A DNA stretch of 35,321 bases from Neophaeotheca triangularis (taxonomy: Eukaryota): NCBI GenBank assembly GCA_054600435.1, contig BAAIJX010000056.1:124001-159321 (forward strand), given 5' to 3'. Both the position numbers and the translations under genes were made by a program. Shown in pieces: positions 30,428 through 35,321 of the stretch. Every line of letters begins with the position of its first letter. Position 1 is the first letter of the stretch. Under the pieces are notes generated by a model. It was not told where the DNA came from. It did not search any database and saw nothing but the letters and a program-made list of their open reading frames with translations.

Positions 30428-33400
30428 ATGGAGCAACAAACGGTGAAGCCTGTAGACCGTCCACTAGATCTCATGTACGACCACCACCGTCTCACCGTCC
30501 AGGGGCTCTCTGCCAAAGTCAGCCACTGACCACTTACATCCTCACAGACCCGTCGGCCTCAAAGAAGCCGCCCTCGACTCTCCCACTTTCCGTGCCACTT
30601 CCCTCCACTTCTCCGACCAGATCGAAATCATAGAACGATGGCTCGACGGCTACCTCAAAGCAGCGAGCCGACTCGTCAACGAAGTATCCTCTCTCGAATC
30701 TCTAATAAACACGTTCCTGCTGCAATCGGTGCCCCCGGCGCAAGTGAGCGAGGCGGTTCTGGATCATGACTACACCATGCTAGCGATGCAGCGGTATGGG
30801 GAGGGCTCGAGGGAGTTTTGGCAGCACACTCTCCGAGGGATTAAAAAGTACGATACGGCAGTCGTTGAGCCGATCAAAGCGTGGATGAGCTCGGATCTGC
30901 GGGCTTTCAAGGAAGCCAGACGAACGCTGGAGGGTAGTCAAAAAGCCTTTGACAGTGTCATTTCCCGCTACTTGGGTCAAGGCAAGTCGAAGGAGGCTTC
31001 GTCTTTGCGGGAAGACGCTTTTCAGTTACACGAGTCGAGGAAGGCTTATTTGAAGGCTTCGATGGATTTCTGCGTGCAGGCGCCGAATTTGAGGAGCTCG
31101 CTGGATAAGCTGTTGGTTAGGATTTTTAGCGACCAGTGGAAGGAGATGCGTGCGAGTCGCGATGGGAATAACATGTTGTTTTCGAAATGGGGTTCTGAGA
31201 TGGAGAGGGTACGCGGTTGGAGCAAAGAGCTGGAGAATTCGGATCGAGCTTTCAAGCGGGAGCTGCTTACTGCTCGGAAGCAGATTGAGGAGAGCGCGGA
31301 GACCATGAACCGGCCATCGCGAGAGCTGGAAGACTACTCGGCTTCGACTGTGCCTTATCTTGGCACTGGGGCACAGTCGGCAGTCGCTTTAGGTGCTACT
31401 GCAAAAGAGGGCCAGTCGGAGAGGCGCTCGAAGCAGGGTTGGCTGTTCATGCGCACTACTGTTGGCAAGCCTGCGCGAACGCTATGGTCGAGGAGATGGT
31501 TCTACGTCAAGAACGGCATTTTTGGCTGGCTTGTTCAGGGCCCGCGGTCGGGAGGGGTAGAGGAGAGCGAGAGGATAGGTGTCTTGCTCTGCAGTGTGAG
31601 GCCAGCCTTCCAAGAAGAGAGAAGGTTCTGCTTTGAAGTGAAGACCAAAGACCAAAGCATCATACTGCAAGCAGAGACTCAGCCGGAGCTCACAGAGTGG
31701 CTTGGGGCTTTCGATATTGCTAAGAGACAGGCACTCGAGAACCCAGCAAGCACAGACAGCAGCATTGCCACACCAGGGACTGATCCCGCTTTTGCCATTA
31801 CAGCGCCCACTGCTCCGGAGTTCGCTGCCAAAAATAACGAAAGCCATATGCAAACTAGCAGCGAGGACGCTTCTACGTCGAATCTCGCTCTTCCTGATCG
31901 AGAGGGAACTGGGCTTAGCAGCAGGTCGAGTTTCGATGTGACAAGCAACCGCCGAGTAATGAGCATGGACAGGGAACACGAAGGCACTCGCGACAGACTC
32001 ATGTCGAAACTTGACTTATCAAAGCGATCGGGAGCGAGCACAGCTCAGAGTTTGGCGTCTGGTGGCATCGCAAGTTTGATTTCTGCTAGTCACAACATCC
32101 TTCCCGTAGGCCCGGGGAGTCCAGCTCCAGCCTCTTCTGTATCAGAGGCTTCCAGGAGAAGCGCGACTATGCCTATCAGCAGCCTGGCACCTTCCACATT
32201 AGCCAACCCACCGGCCCCTACCAATCTCAGTCACACCGCCGTAGTCGTTAGTGGCGAGCGCGGCCTTGGCCTTGGACGTAACGAGGGTGTAGGCATGCCC
32301 TCTGGTATAATGGCAAACCTGTGGGGCAGCAACACCTGGGGCTATGTCAATCGCATTGGCGATAGCTTGAAAGCCAACATGTCCAATGACTCGTCGGAAC
32401 CGCTTCCTGCTCATGCTCTGTCTAAGTCGCGACCGGTCTCGATGGACGATAGTACAATCATGGACGGTGAGGGTAAGCAAGTGACACACGAGGCTGACCC
32501 CGAGCCGAGGCGTAGTGCCATTGGACACCGCAAGACTATCAGTCTGCAGCCAGGTGCCGATGTCCCTAACCCAAAAGCTTCTCCACCAATCAAAGCCGAG
32601 TCCAACGAGTATCCCAATTATTACCCGCTGCCTCTGAAGGCTCAGCAGGCGCAGTTTAGGATGCTTTTCCCGAATATACCGGCGAGCGAAAAGGTCGTCC
32701 TTGTCTTTCGAGCTAGCTGGAACCCGAATGAACACCAAGAGTTTCCTGGCCGTGTATATGTCACCACAAGAGACATATATTTCTACAGCAACCATCTCGG
32801 GCTTGTACTCATCACCGGGGTTAGCTTGACTGCTGTCGGTGATGTAACAGCAGCTCCTGGCCGCGACTGTGACTTTCTATTTCTACACATGAGGGAGACG
32901 GCGCAAACTCACGACGATCCCAGGCGCATCACTATAAAGACTTTTTTGGAGCCTTTGAGGCTATTGCAGCGAAGACTCAATTACTTGAGCCATAATGCTG
33001 ATGCCGATGTTCCAGATGACTTGGAGGAAGTACTGAAAACGATGATCAAGATGGAGGCAGAGGCGCCAAAGCGAAGCACTAGTGCGGAAAGCTGGGAAGA
33101 CGTCAACTACTCGCAAGACGATTCGGCGGTTCCAGGCGATCCCAGCAGTCCTCAACGTCGCCGCGAGAGAGATGTTCGCGCAAGCCTTCGGATTGATGGG
33201 AATTTATTCGGCGACCCCATCAGAACTGGCCGAGAAGTGCAGAAGTTTAAGTTGCCTTCACAGCCAGTGGTCTATGCTCCATCTGGCATGACGGCGAGTC
33301 TCGCTAAGGAATTCAATGTCAGCGCAAAGGCTCTCTTCCATGTCATGTTTGGCGACAAAAGCGCAGTCTTCCAAGTCCTCTACATCAATCGCTGGGCTAA

Positions 33401-34667
33401 CGACATCACCCAAACTCCTTGGGCTTTAGACCAGCCCGGCGGCCACTGGAGCCGTAGCTTTACAAGCGCCAATGCCCCGATAACCCAAACCATCGACATT
33501 TTCAACGACCATTTATGCTACGTCGCGACCAGTACTAGGCGTCCCTGGGGTCTGCCGTACTCCTCATCCTTCACACTCACCACGAAATACGTCATCACCC
33601 ACAGCACAAAATCTCGCTGCAAACTGGCAATCTACGACGCGATTCAATGGTCTAAGCGACCCCTCCTCCCCTATATCCGCCACCTGATCGAGAAACGCGC
33701 TCTAGACGACCTCGCCGCAGATGACCAAGACCTCACAAACGTTGCCACCGACCAAGTTGCCAAACTCGGCTCCCACAGCAAAACAAACAAAGCCGTCGAA
33801 ATCTTCGGCAACATCGGCCAACTCTCCCAACCCTCTCAACTCACCTCGACCTCAATCCCCGCCCTCTCCGCAGCCCTAACGCCCCGCGCATCTCCTAGAC
33901 CCAAAACTCTCCCCAGCATGCTCGCCGACGACGCCCTCACCCAAGCTTTCGCCCTCTTCACCTCATTCTTCGACATCCTCATCTCGCTCGGCAAAACTTT
34001 CATCGGCGTCTGCACAGCCCACACCCTCCTCGTCGCAATCCTCGCTCTCAGCGCTCTCTACAACACCTATCACGGCTACCGCGACGCCACCGTCTGGTAC
34101 CACGAACGCAGCGCGGGAAAGTTCATGCAACGTCTCGGCATCCACCCGGACCCGGTCATGGGGCGCGCAGTCTACTTGCGCGACCTAGAGCAGTTCGTGA
34201 CCCCCGGAAACGGCAGCTTCGACGCTCTTGCGCATCAGGAAAGCGACGAGACTACGTCCAGCTGTCGCGCCCATTTCGCCGAAGAGCTGCTCACAACTTC
34301 CGTATCCACTTCGATCTCCCATTCGGCAGAGCGCTTGCAGACGTCGCGCTCGGCGCTCGCGCGGTACCGGCATGATTTGCTCGTGGCGCTGCGGGTGGTC
34401 AATCGGGTTGAGCGGGACGTCGTGGAAGCTGAGTGGGGGGAGTGGGTGCGTGGGGAAGCGAGCAAGTGTGAGCGGGTTGAGGGTATGGTTTTGAGGAAGA
34501 AGTTTGGGGAGGGGGCGAAGAAGGGCAAGAAGGGGAAGGGGAAGGGATACAAAGAGGGGGAGGTGGAGGGTTTGGTCAGGGAGGAGCTCGGGCAGGGGTT
34601 CGTGGAGTATTGTCGGGATTGTAGGGGGGAGGTCGAGGGGTTGGTTGCGGTCGGGGGGTTGATGTAG
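30428..34667 (+). CDS. SIP3: Sip3/Lam1-like membrane-contact lipid transfer protein (BAR-PH-GRAM-VASt + TM), about 1388 aa, 2 exons
   Basis: Exons 30428-30474 and 30548-34667. Intron 30475-30547 (GTACGA...ACTGAC...ACAG) restores IPVGLKEAALDSPTFRA. PH domain KQGWLFMR...WSRRWFYVKNGIFGWL, GRAM-like FPGRVYVT..DIYFYS, VASt-like SAKALFHVMFGDKS, and a C-terminal TM segment. Confidence 0.88.
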
Positions 34668-35305
34668 AGCTGGGGTGTTGTGGTGGTGTGGTTTGTGATG
34701 TCGATATTGATACCCCTGGTTTTTGACTTGGTGCAGACAGACCTTTTTGTTGAACGGTCCAAGTCCGCTTTTTACACTAGTCTCTGGTCTTCTTCCGGGC
34801 AGGCTATGAAGGTAGGTAGGCATGAGGTGACGAACGGGTATTACTGTCCACTTTTAGGTGTCTGGCTCATCACTTGGCTTGCTACCAGCGGACTCAAAAT
34901 AGTGCCCGAGGCATCGACTAAGCCTGTTCTTCTTCAATGATTACGATAGGGTCAGGGTTTGAGTTCTGCCTGTAATTCCACCTGTAGACATTGAGACCCC
35001 ATGCTCTTTCGAATAAGAGCTCAAGCCAGCATGAGTCAACTAAACACAGGCAAGTCTCGTTCTGAAGATTAAAAAAGCTCGTTGTGACATCGAGATCCGA
35101 TTCCCTGTGAGCCATGTCAAGACATACCTCACCCTCTCCACACATGGAGAAACCCCCACGTCCCAGCCCCTGCCTGCGCCCACGTAACCCACAACCAAGC
35201 GAGCCCACCACTGCTCTAGCAAACGAACTCGCGCCCCACGCCTCACGCCTCACGCCCCCTGTCCCTCTTGCCCCTTCGTCCGCAACCACCCCTTCAACCT
35301 AACAA

Positions 35306-35321
35306 ACCCCCCCCCCCCCCC
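35306..35321. repeat. Terminal poly-C run
   Basis: The window ends in about 15 consecutive C after a C/A-rich stretch. This may be a contig end or the G-rich 3' end of a minus-strand gene. Confidence 0.6.

Noticed and set aside
34918..35302. ORFs near the right edge
   Set aside because: Low-complexity products of G/C-skewed DNA. They may include the tail of an off-window minus-strand gene, but the frame cannot be established.
1..35321. Secondary-metabolite cluster, transposon, RIP-affected region, tRNA/rRNA or CRISPR
   Set aside because: No PKS/NRPS/terpene synthase, transposase or RT motifs, AT-rich RIP tracts, cloverleafs or repeat-spacer arrays were seen. The 'polyketide cyclase' label is a fold name only.

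Overview
Gene-dense eukaryotic DNA from a filamentous ascomycete. The evidence is short GT-AG introns with CTRAC-type branch points and fungal protein families; Dothideomycetes is an inference only. Eleven complete protein-coding genes could be modelled by hand: a DUF4149/TMEM205-like membrane protein, Ku80, a fungal AAA+ ATPase (with a GC-AG intron), a bacterial-like SRPBCC/polyketide-cyclase-fold protein, a DUF3074 START-like protein, an ABCB/MDR full transporter, an SPX-less Gde1-like ankyrin-GDPD enzyme (8 exons, one a 4-nt microexon), a Hos4-like ankyrin protein, RPS7, a ferric reductase and a Sip3/Lam1-like BAR-PH-GRAM-VASt protein. No rRNA, tRNA, CRISPR or intact transposon was seen. 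The most notable signals are: (1) recurring strand-symmetric C/A-rich to G/T-rich compositional switches that ignore gene strand and exon/intron status; (2) an accessory-looking segment (about 3.9-8.1 kb) holding the AAA ATPase, a possible HET-domain relic and the bacterial-like SRPBCC gene; (3) several non-trivial splicing features; (4) an AUG-free leader of about 815 nt before the ferric reductase. All family assignments come from motif recognition by eye, not from database searches.
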